NCBI GenBank assembly: GCA_043228905.1
Contig: JBHGNT010000741.1
Location: 1 to 16,524 of the forward strand
Direction of reading: 5' to 3'
DNA: 16,524 bases
Origin: Azolla caroliniana
Taxonomy: Eukaryota > Plantae > Polypodiophyta
The notes below the pieces were generated by a model, which was not told where the DNA came from, did no database searches, and was given only the letters and a program-made list of their open reading frames with translations. Both the position numbers and the translations under genes were made by a program. Below, piece after piece: positions 1 to 8,110 of the stretch. Every line of letters begins with the position of its first letter. Position 1 is the first letter of the stretch.

Positions 1-8
1 AACTCTCG

Positions 9-304
9 TAATTTGGGCTTTTTCTTGATTCTTTGACTTTATACGATGGAATACTCTCTTCTCTACCTACGGATCATGAGCCAAAACAAGAAGAAATGAC
101 ACAATGACACATTCACATTTTCAAACTCACTCATTCACTCTATTCACAATAGTATGCAACTCACTCATGTTCCATGTAAAGTTAGCTTTCATAATTTGGG
201 CATTTTCTTGGTTCTTTGACTTTCTACCATGGAATACTACTACCTATGGATCATCAATCAACACAAGAAGAAATGACACAATAACACATTCACATTTTCA
301 AACT
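9..304. repeat. Imperfect direct repeat of about 115 bp, two copies (9-127 and 192-304)
   Basis: Both copies read taatttgggc..ttcttg.ttctttgacttt.tac.atggaatact...ctacct.tggatcat...acaagaagaaatgacacaat.acacattcacattttcaaact, with a period of about 180 bp. Confidence 0.85.
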
Positions 305-1442
305 TGTAGGAAGCATCGGACACCACTTGGAATTTCCAAGGTTAAATAGACATAGCAAACAACTACTAAAGAGTACAAAAAATAGTGGCACTTGTAACAT
401 TTCAATTCCACATGAAAGATTCCCTATTAGGGTGTAAAAATAAATTTCCATACATACATCCCTCTAGAGTACCAGTATCAATATAATACTACCCAATTTT
501 GAATATATACAAGGTATGCATAGAAAAAACCTTGTGGATGGTGAATATCATTCTCACATGCTCATCGGATGCAATAAGTATGATGTCGTACTAGAGAAGC
601 ATGATACTCAAATCCCACCAAGAAGGATGAGCATATAAGCACATTAATTACCTTCACACAATTTTTAACTACAAAATAGCAAACCCCCTTCACAAGGGAT
701 CACATATATGATGACATGTTTAATTGTTGAATGGAAAATAAGAATAAATTCTATTATACTCCATTCTCTCTTAACATTCCTCAACTACAATATCTCATGA
801 TAATAGGACAAGTTTAGCATGTATTGAACTCATATATAAGTATTCTTGTAGGATTGTCTATAATATTGAATTGTGACCCTTTTTTAGCATTGAACAGAAA
901 ATCCTTGGTTTAACACACCCAAGATCCATACAATAAATCAATGGCTATTCATATAAGAACATTGAGATATTACCATGATGGCCTTTTCAGTGCAGCTACA
1001 TGTATAACATAACAAAGTTGTGATTTTATGTTCGCTTCACAAAGAAATATAACAATGTGAGAAAAAATGAGCAAAAAGGTGTCATATAAAGATGTCCCAA
1101 TATGTAGTTTTAGTTCATAGATACAAACTTGTATAAAAAACATATACACAGAACAGAATGATTTTTGAGGATTTCAAACAGAATTTTCAACATTAACCCT
1201 AATTTGAAACTTGAAACTTAATGTCATTGGAGATCTAGTGACATTTTTTATGCATAGAGGTTGATAACCTGTGAGACTATATTAACAATATGTATCACAA
1301 ACTAAGTATAATAAAGTGATAATCAAATAGAAGGCTTAATCCGATATCTCAAACTCCTCAAGATCTTACTCAATTTAATGTTTAATAAAGGCAAATATAT
1401 AAAGGCAGAAGTTATTGGACTTTCCTATCAAAGAACACCAAA

Positions 1443-1450
1443 CATAGAAC
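1443..1450 (+). repeat. Left 8-bp target-site duplication (CATAGAAC) of the hAT element
   Basis: Identical CATAGAAC lies directly outside both TIRs (1443-1450 and 6565-6572). An 8-bp TSD is diagnostic of hAT. Confidence 0.97.
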
Positions 1451-1470
1451 CAGTGTTGCCTTTTGACGGC
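1451..1470 (+). repeat. hAT left terminal inverted repeat CAGTGTTGCCTTTTGACGGC
   Basis: Exact reverse complement of 6545-6564. Begins with CAG, as is typical of hAT ends. Confidence 0.97.
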
Positions 1471-1524
1471 CGTTTTGAACGTTTTTGGCAAATTTAACCG
1501 TATATGAAAGTTAATTTTAAAATG

Positions 1525-1600
1525 AAACCGTCAATCTTGACGGGCATATGTTTTATGAAAACGTAAAAATGAAGGCTTAAAATTTCATAATACCGTCAAA
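1525..1600. repeat. hAT left subterminal repeats (CCGTCAA/TTGACGG), probable transposase-binding sites
   Basis: AAACCGTCAATCTTGACGGGCA at 1525-1546 is nearly identical to AAACCGTCAATTTGACGGGCA at 6486-6506. A further CCGTCAA lies at 1593-1599, and the same motif is inside the TIR. Confidence 0.8.
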
Positions 1601-1768
1601 TTTTACTAAGACCAATACTATAGTAGTATAGTCCTAGGTAGTAGGAACAAATTGTTCAAGTTGCATTGGGAGTGTAGGAATTTGAAAGGCTCACATATGT
1701 CACTAATAACTATGTGTGTAACAAAAAGGTAAAAAAACTAATAGAGTCTAAATTATGAATCTTTACTT

Positions 1769-1808
1769 CCCTTTTCCCCCCTTTTCCCCCATTTTCCCCC
1801 ATTTTCCC
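1769..1808. repeat. 10-bp tandem repeat (C/A)TTTTCCCCC, about 4 copies; G-quadruplex/i-motif-compatible
   Basis: Five C-tracts of 3-6 nt separated by 4-5 nt spacers. Confidence 0.75.
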
Positions 1809-1919
1809 TGTTTGTTCGTTGCTCCCTCAGCCCTGCACCTTGCTGGAAGCTTGTTGCTCGTTGCCAGCTACTCATAGATTCAACATCTCCTGCAGCAGTC
1901 CTCCTCAACCATCTAAGGT

Positions 1920-1921
<2 letters not shown>

Positions 1922-1956
<35 letters not shown>
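1922..1956. repeat. (CT)17 microsatellite
   Basis: Perfect CT dinucleotide run directly after a possible splice donor AAG|GTAGCT (1918). Confidence 0.97.
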
Positions 1957-1958
<2 letters not shown>

Positions 1959-2403
1959 ATCCATTTTTGCTGCTAGTCTTTCCAGAATGACTGATATCAT
2001 CTGAATAGTTGTGATTATTCATTCCTGTCTTATATGGTTGTGATATGTGCATCACTCGTAGACCTGAACACTGCCAAACAAAAATTCCAAGAAGCGATTC
2101 AAGTCACCATTATATGTAGATGGATCCGGAGGCTTTTATATTTCAATTTATGACTTTGACAACCAGCCTTCTCAGTGGATGGATACTATCTTTCTGCTTG
2201 TCTGAAATCAAAGTTAAGAAACTGATCTCTCGTCTTGCAGTTAGAAGACAGAATGTGCACGTTGGTCTACAGTTTTCTAATTGCACCCAATCTTCATTTT
2301 TTTGGACATACTTGGCCAATTTCTTGTATCTTCCTTTCAATTCTGTTTTCACTTTGTTCAGGTGCTTGTGCTACCTCTACTTCCTTTTGCTCTTCTACAA
2401 AAA

Positions 2404-2419
2404 TGGCTGGAGATTTTGC
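2404..2419 (+). repeat. 16-bp direct repeat TGGCTGGAGATTTTGC, left copy (right copy 3291-3306), bracketing the cargo segment
   Basis: Exact 16-bp match. The bases immediately outside both copies differ. Confidence 0.85.
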
Positions 2420-2678
2420 ATTACTCAAATAGTTTTGTGATTGTCATTACTCAAATAGTCACTTAAAAACTAACTGAAACAAGAGGGGGGAACATAACAT
2501 TTGCACTGAAAAAGAAACAACAAAATGTACTGACCTCTTCCACAACGGAAGCAAAGTCTTAGATAACAAAAACACAATCTCCATGATTAAATAAACATTA
2601 GTACCTCATAGGTTTCATTCAACTCTCTGCAGAGGATGACACTCCACCAAATTGCAACCAAAAGTTCTCTACTTGATT

Positions 2679-3395
2679 TCAGCCCTCTGTAGTGGAAGAG
2701 ACCACGCCAGATGCAACAGACACATTACTTGAATCCAAACCACCAGTACTAACACCACCTTTCCCCTCACCTTGATTGTATACATGCTGAGCAGTGCCTT
2801 GAGAATGGTCATCATAAGTGTTTCCATAGCTTGTCGAGTTTCCATAGCCTTGTTGAGCTGAGGTAGGGTGAGCATAACCAGATTGTGGTGGAGGAATAGA
2901 CCCTTGAATAGCATAGTTTGGTGGGGGTTGTATTGGCCCCTGACTACCATATAATGCACTTGATCCTGGTTGTGAAGCTCCATAGCTAGAAGGTTGTTGG
3001 CCATAACTACTTGGTTGTCCATAATTAGTTGGCAACGACCCTTGAGTACCATATCCTTGAGTATTATATCCAGATTGAAGTTGTCCATAACCACCTTGAG
3101 AAGAACCACCAGATCCTGTTGAATCCTCTTGAGGGGGATACCCTGGTTGAAAGGAACCCCCTTGCCCATAGGTTGGAGCAGATTCTTGTTGGTTATAGCT
3201 CGTGAGTTGATGTTGACCATACCCAACTTGTTGACTTGTTTGGCCATATTGATTAAAACCTGGTTGTTTAGCAGCTTCTTGATTAGGCACTGGCTGGAGA
3301 TTTTGCTCTTCCGGTTGATTTTTCTTCTCCAGTTTCTGAAGTATGTTGGTTTCCCCTACTTCCTTTTGCTCTTCTATACCCTTTGATTTCTCCAG
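2679..3395 (-). CDS. Cargo ORF/exon: short E/K-rich segment fused to a Q/G/S/Y-rich low-complexity (prion-like) region, resembling the C-terminal tail of plant KH-domain FUBP-like RNA-binding proteins
   Basis: The ORF-track frame 2679-3290 stays open upstream to 3395 (LEKSKGIEEQKEVGETNILQKLEKKNQPEEQNLQPV...), where an in-frame TAG could also be a splice acceptor (tattatag|CTG). It has 11 YG dipeptides (GYGQ, SYGQ, NYGQ etc.) and no in-frame ATG. The donor gene family is inferred from composition only. Confidence 0.6.
   Translation of the reverse strand: MEKSKGIEEQKEVGETNILQKLEKKNQPEEQNLQPVPNQEAAKQPGFNQYGQTSQQVGYGQHQLTSYNQQESAPTYGQGGSFQPGYPPQEDSTGSGGSSQGGYGQLQSGYNTQGYGTQGSLPTNYGQPSSYGQQPSSYGASQPGSSALYGSQGPIQPPPNYAIQGSIPPPQSGYAHPTSAQQGYGNSTSYGNTYDDHSQGTAQHVYNQGEGKGGVSTGGLDSSNVSVASGVVSSTTEG
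3291..3306 (+). repeat. 16-bp direct repeat, right copy
   Basis: Identical to 2404-2419. Confidence 0.85.
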
Positions 3396-3512
3396 CTATA
3401 ATATAGGTATATATATACGATGAAATTTCTTCGAGAATTCACAAATAGTTTGTTGTAAATAGGTGAAAAGAAATCTCCAGAAATTCAATCCAAGGAACTG
3501 AGACGATAGATC

Positions 3513-3542
3513 AAACCCTAATGGTGAGAGTCTCTATAAATA
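3513..3542. promoter_or_regulatory. Telo-box (AAACCCTAA, 3513-3521) and TATA-like TATAAATA (3535-3542) between the divergent cargo and transposase ORFs
   Basis: Motif matches only. Short motifs are common in AT-rich DNA. Confidence 0.3.
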
Positions 3543-4085
3543 GAAGACCCAAATTTAGACCAAAACAAGCAAACTAAAGAAGCAAAATTTAGTCAAAAAG
3601 AAGATGAAAGAGAGAAATTACATTTATTCTCTATTTCTCTTTTCCTTTTTTATTTCTTTTATTCTCGACCTTCAAGCTCTGTCCAACTCGCAGTGACGAA
3701 AATACAAACAGCATAAAAACAAACTAACAAATAAATAAATAAATTCAAGGAAAATATTTCCTCTTGGAATTTGGAAGAATAATATCTGTTATTGGGTTAA
3801 TATTATTACAAAATACCCTTTGGTGTAGTATCACGTAATTACAGCTGATACCCTTCGTATTTTTGTTCTAAATTCTAATACGTGACTCCCCCCCCATTCA
3901 CACCTTAACATCTGAGTTTGAGCCTCGTCCATTGACTTTTTTCCTATTCCCGATGCTCCACTTCAAACCCTTGTTGTTCTGATCCACCCAAATTCTTTTA
4001 CTAGTCCATCAAAACTAGTATTGCTCTCCTCTTTAAGGGCAAAAGTTTGGGAATTATATTCATGTAAAATCTCATTGCCCAACAG

Positions 4086-4179
4086 GTCATAACTAATATG
4101 TATGGGTTTAATGATGCTAGTGATTGTTTTGAACTGATGGTATGATCTTTTCTTACATGAGCCATTTCTTCTTATTCAG
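4086..4179 (+). other. Putative 94-nt 5'UTR intron of the transposase gene
   Basis: Donor CAG|GTCATA at 4086, CTGAT branch-like motif near 4134, pyrimidine tract and TTCAG acceptor ending at 4179, 7 nt before the ATG of MAPKRK. Confidence 0.45.
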
Positions 4180-4186
4180 AATAATT

Positions 4187-6427
4187 ATGGCTCCTAAAAG
4201 AAAAAACCAACGAACCATCAGTGCGATGTTTGCATGGAAACCACCCAACGATACCAATGACATAAATCTAAACAATGATTTAAATGAGGATATGGATATG
4301 TTTGGGACTGATTTAGAGAGTTTAACTCGAGAGAGTTGTTCCTCTAATATAACTAAAGAAAAGCCTAAGAGAAAATTCCGTGAAGCATGGAGAGATAAAT
4401 TCCCATGGATAAGATGCATTGTGCAAGGAGACAAAACATTAATGAAATGTGCATGGTGTGAGAAATACGCTAGTCCTGGGCCTTGGGGTCTTGGTTCTGG
4501 ATGCATTACTTTGCAACTTGATGCAATTTTGACCCATGTCAACTCAAGTGGTCATAAATTATGTGCATCAAAGTGGATATGTGATGTTGAAGGGAAAGCA
4601 ATGTCCATCCCAAAGCATGTATCACAATTAGATGATATTAACAAAAATAAGGTCATAACAACAATGAAACTCATGTACTTTATTGCAAAAAAAGATTTGT
4701 CTATCGCTACATACCAAGAATTATGTGATTTGGCTGTGCTACTAGAGGTGCCTAATATGCCTAAGCAACATGATTATATATCTTATACTAGTAGATATGG
4801 GGGATATGAATTTTTGGTTGCCTTCGGGAAATATCTTCTAGAAATTCAAAGCTCAAACCTAATAAATTCCCCATACTACTCTTTGATGCTAGATGAAAGT
4901 ACTGACAATGGATTAGAGTTGCATCTCATTATGTATGTTACATATTTGCAATGTGGTGGTTGTGGGCCTAAGCAAACTGAATATATGGGTTTGCTGAAAA
5001 TTCCCAATGGTAAAGGTAGAACTATATATGAACATGTTAAGCATCTATTAGGCGATCGATGCCTCAACATGAACAAGTTGATCGGATTGGCAACTGATGG
5101 TGCATCATCAATGATTGGTAGTGAAATTGGAACAGTAACATTAATGAAAAATGATATCCCAAATTTGGTTGGTGTACATTGTATTGCTCATAGAGAAGCA
5201 TTGGTTATTTCAGATGTATCTAAAGATATCCCTGAGCTCATTCTTGTAGAAAAAATTGCAAATAAGGTATATGCATGGGCTAACAATAGTACCAAAAGGA
5301 CACATGAAATTTTAGAGCTCTTGGAACAAATGCAATTGGATGCTCATAGACCATTACAAATTCATAATATTCGTTGGTTGTCACGTGGTCAAGTCATGGA
5401 AAGACTAGTGAGTATAATGCCTGCAATACTTACTATTTGGAAGAAAGAGAACTTAAACGAGTGGTATAATAAAGCTTGTATCTATAGTGTGCAATTTTGC
5501 TTTTGTATGATGGCTGATGTGTTGCATTTGATGAATATCTTGAGCTTGAAACTTCAAAAAGAGAATTTGGATGTAACTTCAATTGGTGCAGAAATTGATA
5601 TTACAATTTCTAATTTGCGGAGGTCTTTCTTGAGAAATGACACATTTGCGGATGGAACAATGTATTTATCCAAGTTCTTAAGATGTTCTAAAGTTGGGTT
5701 TTTGGAAATAGAGGATAAAGATGGCGTTACATATAGACATGAACTATACTTCAAACAAATTCCTATGGATAAAGCAAGTCAAAATGATCCAAATCCCAAT
5801 ATTGCAAAATCTAAGGGAATGAGGCCATTTATAGATGGATCACTTGAAAGTTGTATTAAACTATCTCAAAATTATGTGCAAAATGTTATTGATGGACTAA
5901 ATGCAAGATTCCCTGACTTAAGCCTCTTCAATGCAGCAAAATTATTCAGCCCATGCCATTATGCAGATGATGATGTGATTAGGGATAGTAAAGCAAAGAC
6001 ATGGTTGGGAATTTTGATTTCTCACTTACAGCCAAATGTTGATGTCAATGCATGTCCTCAAATTTCACATGATGCAAAGGCTTGTGAAATGGAACTCTAT
6101 AGGTTTGTTGACACTTTACGTTTAAATTGTGAAGGCTATACTATGCATGAAGCTTGGCGTATGTTTTGCAAAATGAAGGATTGGCAAGATAGTTTCCCTC
6201 ATTTGATGAAATTATGGCAAGCTACTTTGGTTATTCCTTCTAGCACAGTTTCGTGTGAGAGAGGGTTCTCTAAGCAAAATCTCATCAAAGAGATGAAAAG
6301 AAATCGATTGAATATAGAGCATTTAGATGATTTAATGCGAGTCTCATTGAATGGGCCACGCATTGAAGAAATACAATGGGATCGTGTACATGAAATTTGG
6401 AAAGATGCAAAGGATAGAAGGATATAA
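4187..6427 (+). CDS. hAT-family DDE transposase, ZNF862-like (746 aa from MAPKRK; open frame begins at 4142)
   Basis: N-terminal NLS-like PKRK. Zinc finger RKFREAWRDKFPW...CAWC...H..S.GH. Catalytic D in SLMLDESTD (4892), D in ATDGASSM (5096), CxxH in HCIAHR, RWLSR, and catalytic E in the C-terminal hATC motif PSSTVSCERGFS...RNRL (6257). No stops or frameshifts. Confidence 0.95.
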   Translation: MAPKRKNQRTISAMFAWKPPNDTNDINLNNDLNEDMDMFGTDLESLTRESCSSNITKEKPKRKFREAWRDKFPWIRCIVQGDKTLMKCAWCEKYASPGPWGLGSGCITLQLDAILTHVNSSGHKLCASKWICDVEGKAMSIPKHVSQLDDINKNKVITTMKLMYFIAKKDLSIATYQELCDLAVLLEVPNMPKQHDYISYTSRYGGYEFLVAFGKYLLEIQSSNLINSPYYSLMLDESTDNGLELHLIMYVTYLQCGGCGPKQTEYMGLLKIPNGKGRTIYEHVKHLLGDRCLNMNKLIGLATDGASSMIGSEIGTVTLMKNDIPNLVGVHCIAHREALVISDVSKDIPELILVEKIANKVYAWANNSTKRTHEILELLEQMQLDAHRPLQIHNIRWLSRGQVMERLVSIMPAILTIWKKENLNEWYNKACIYSVQFCFCMMADVLHLMNILSLKLQKENLDVTSIGAEIDITISNLRRSFLRNDTFADGTMYLSKFLRCSKVGFLEIEDKDGVTYRHELYFKQIPMDKASQNDPNPNIAKSKGMRPFIDGSLESCIKLSQNYVQNVIDGLNARFPDLSLFNAAKLFSPCHYADDDVIRDSKAKTWLGILISHLQPNVDVNACPQISHDAKACEMELYRFVDTLRLNCEGYTMHEAWRMFCKMKDWQDSFPHLMKLWQATLVIPSSTVSCERGFSKQNLIKEMKRNRLNIEHLDDLMRVSLNGPRIEEIQWDRVHEIWKDAKDRRI

Positions 6428-6544
6428 TATATTGTTTCGTACAAATATTCGATGTATTTACTTTTTGAAGGGCATTTTTTTTGACAAACCGTCAATTTGA
6501 CGGGCAAAATTTTTGGAATACCGTTCTCATGACAGGCAATGTTA

Positions 6545-6564
6545 GCCGTCAAAAGGCAACACTG
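6545..6564 (-). repeat. hAT right terminal inverted repeat
   Basis: GCCGTCAAAAGGCAACACTG is the reverse complement of 1451-1470. Confidence 0.97.
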
Positions 6565-6572
6565 CATAGAAC
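6565..6572 (+). repeat. Right 8-bp target-site duplication CATAGAAC
   Basis: Identical to 1443-1450. Confidence 0.97.
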
Positions 6573-7632
6573 AGATCTGACTCCACATTGAGTCAGATAC
6601 AACCAAAATGAGATTCAAATATTGATTTTGATATTACAAAATCCATATACATCATCATCAGTTTTGGTTATACAAAAGTAGATCATCACCCTTAGAGTAG
6701 ATCATAAGTAAATCCATTGGCATAAGAGTGTATCATAAGTAAATCCATTGCATTACTCATGTTGTCAATTAATCATATCCTCTAAACAAAATCCATTGCA
6801 TACAAAAACCGAAAAATCAAAACTTCATCCTCTAAACAGAATCAAAACTCATCAGCATGTATACAAACAATTTCATATAAACAAGGTTTACATCCATGTT
6901 ACAAATAAGAGGCAAGAAGAAGATACACAAGACGTATAGATGCCATATTACAAAATCAACCATTTACAACATGCCACAATCATTCAAGTTGCCTTGGTTA
7001 CAATATGCAAAAAAGGTTGGCAGCCTTGGTTTCAACGTACTAAAAAGATTTACAACATTGTTACAAGAAATCGATACAAAAAATCTTGATAATACACCGA
7101 TATCATATATTTTATGTTACGAAGTATAACATTTCCTCTGGTTAATATATGGGAAAGCCCAAAATCCGGCATGCCCATTTTGCCAATGTTTTCGAAGGAG
7201 ACCCACATCTTCGAATCCGAACCATTGCTCCTTACCCTACACCAATGCACACATTTGTTGCAGCTCTTACAATAACAAATGCCATTATTCAATACTTGGG
7301 CCATACTTACAAAAATCTGTTGAATCGGATCCAAATCACCCAATGTCTTCAAGCTGACCATTGGTGGATTATTCAACGGGTCACCATAGACTATTGGGCT
7401 CCTCCTCAACATTTCTTCATATTGATGTTGAAATTATAACAATGCATTTATATGATACATTTGAAAAATGGAACAATTAAGTCTCTCACCATGTTAGAAT
7501 ATGGAACCATGTGATCAAATGTAAATGAAAAGAAACCCTAAACGATGTAAAACATAAAAGTAACCATGAAAATACATACCTATTATTGCCTTCATTTTGC
7601 AGATCGAATGTAGGTGGTTGGGAAGTGCTCGA

Positions 7633-7720
7633 TGGCGGAAAGTGGTGCTCCTCTCGGATTCTGGCGGAAAGTGTTGTGCCTCTCTGATTTTGGTGGAAAG
7701 TGGTGCTCCTATTTGATTCT
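7633..7720. repeat. About 29-bp tandem repeat, 3 copies (TGGCGGAAAGTGGTGCTCCTCTCGGATTC-like)
   Basis: Units start at 7633, 7662 and 7691. Confidence 0.85.
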
Positions 7721-7810
7721 TCCCTCCAAATACCCTAAAACTCTCTTTTCAAAATAGGTTCAAAATGAGTGATTCAGGTTTTTATAATCAATGCTCATTA
7801 ATAATGAGCA

Positions 7811-8100
7811 GGGCTCCTTTTGACAGAGTTGGGCTCCTAGTGACAGAGGTTGTCAGGTAGCGGGGCTCCCTTTGACACAGTCGGGCTCCTAATTACAAAA
7901 GTTGTCAGACAGTGGGGCTCCTAGTCGGGCCCCCCAATAAGTGATGATTTCTTCGCGCGTTTTTTTTCCCCACATCGGACGATGCAAATCGCATGTGCCC
8001 TCGACTGAGCGACCTGCACCGTCCAAGATGGATAAAAAGCTGACAACATCTATCACCAGGAGTTCGACTCTTTGACATCCTCTGTGAAAAGGAGCCCGAC
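7811..8100. repeat. Subterminal repeat array GGGCTCCT-TGACAGAG(GTTGTCAG)
   Basis: GGGCTCC at 7811, 7831, 7863, 7883 and 7915, with inverted copies at about 8040-8068 and 8075-8100. Confidence 0.85.
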
Positions 8101-8110
8101 TTTTTGAGTG

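Larger units (their letters stand above)
1451..6564 (+). mobile_element. Full-length, probably autonomous hAT DNA transposon (5114 bp) carrying internal cargo
   Basis: Perfect 20-bp TIRs, perfect 8-bp TSD, shared subterminal CCGTCAA/TTGACGG motifs at both ends, and an intact hAT transposase ORF ending about 120 bp from the right TIR. Confidence 0.97.
6573..8110 (-). mobile_element. 5' portion of a degraded CACTA/CMC-like DNA transposon, interrupted by the hAT and probably continuing through 1-1442
   Basis: The minus strand begins CACTCAAAAAGTCGGGCTCC at 8110, followed by inverted and direct subterminal repeats, TATAAAA (7786-7780), a leader exon with a 29-bp tandem repeat and donor AG|GTATGT (7579), and a Cys-rich reading frame (ICYCKSC). 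The sequence switches abruptly to L1 at 8111. The other terminus is not in the window and no transposase core was seen. Confidence 0.55.

Noticed and set aside
1753-2055. ORFs with ERERER or SLSLSL runs
   Set aside because: Translation of the (CT)17 microsatellite.
2669-3247. 192-aa minus-strand ORF overlapping the cargo ORF
   Set aside because: Shifted-frame shadow: TAT-GGN-CAA (YGQ) codons read as ATG-GNC in the neighbouring frame, explaining its many Met residues. No independent protein features.
4142-4186. First ATG of the 761-aa ORF as the transposase start
   Set aside because: MIFSYMSHFFLFRII translates a pyrimidine tract and acceptor. ATG 4187 (MAPKRK) is more plausible.
4153-6618. 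Minus-strand ORFs opposite the transposase
   Set aside because: Antisense shadows with no recognisable motifs.
6701-6845. Short duplications (ATCATAAGTAAATCCATTG at 6701 and 6732; ATCCTCTAAACA twice)
   Set aside because: Ordinary slippage-type repeats in AT-rich, probably intronic TE sequence.
7533-7542. Interstitial telomere repeat AAACCCTAAA
   Set aside because: A single unit only, common in plant 5' regions and introns.
7633-8100. CRISPR-like array
   Set aside because: Eukaryotic context, degenerate units without unique spacers, both orientations present, and no cas genes. Fits TE subterminal and tandem repeats.
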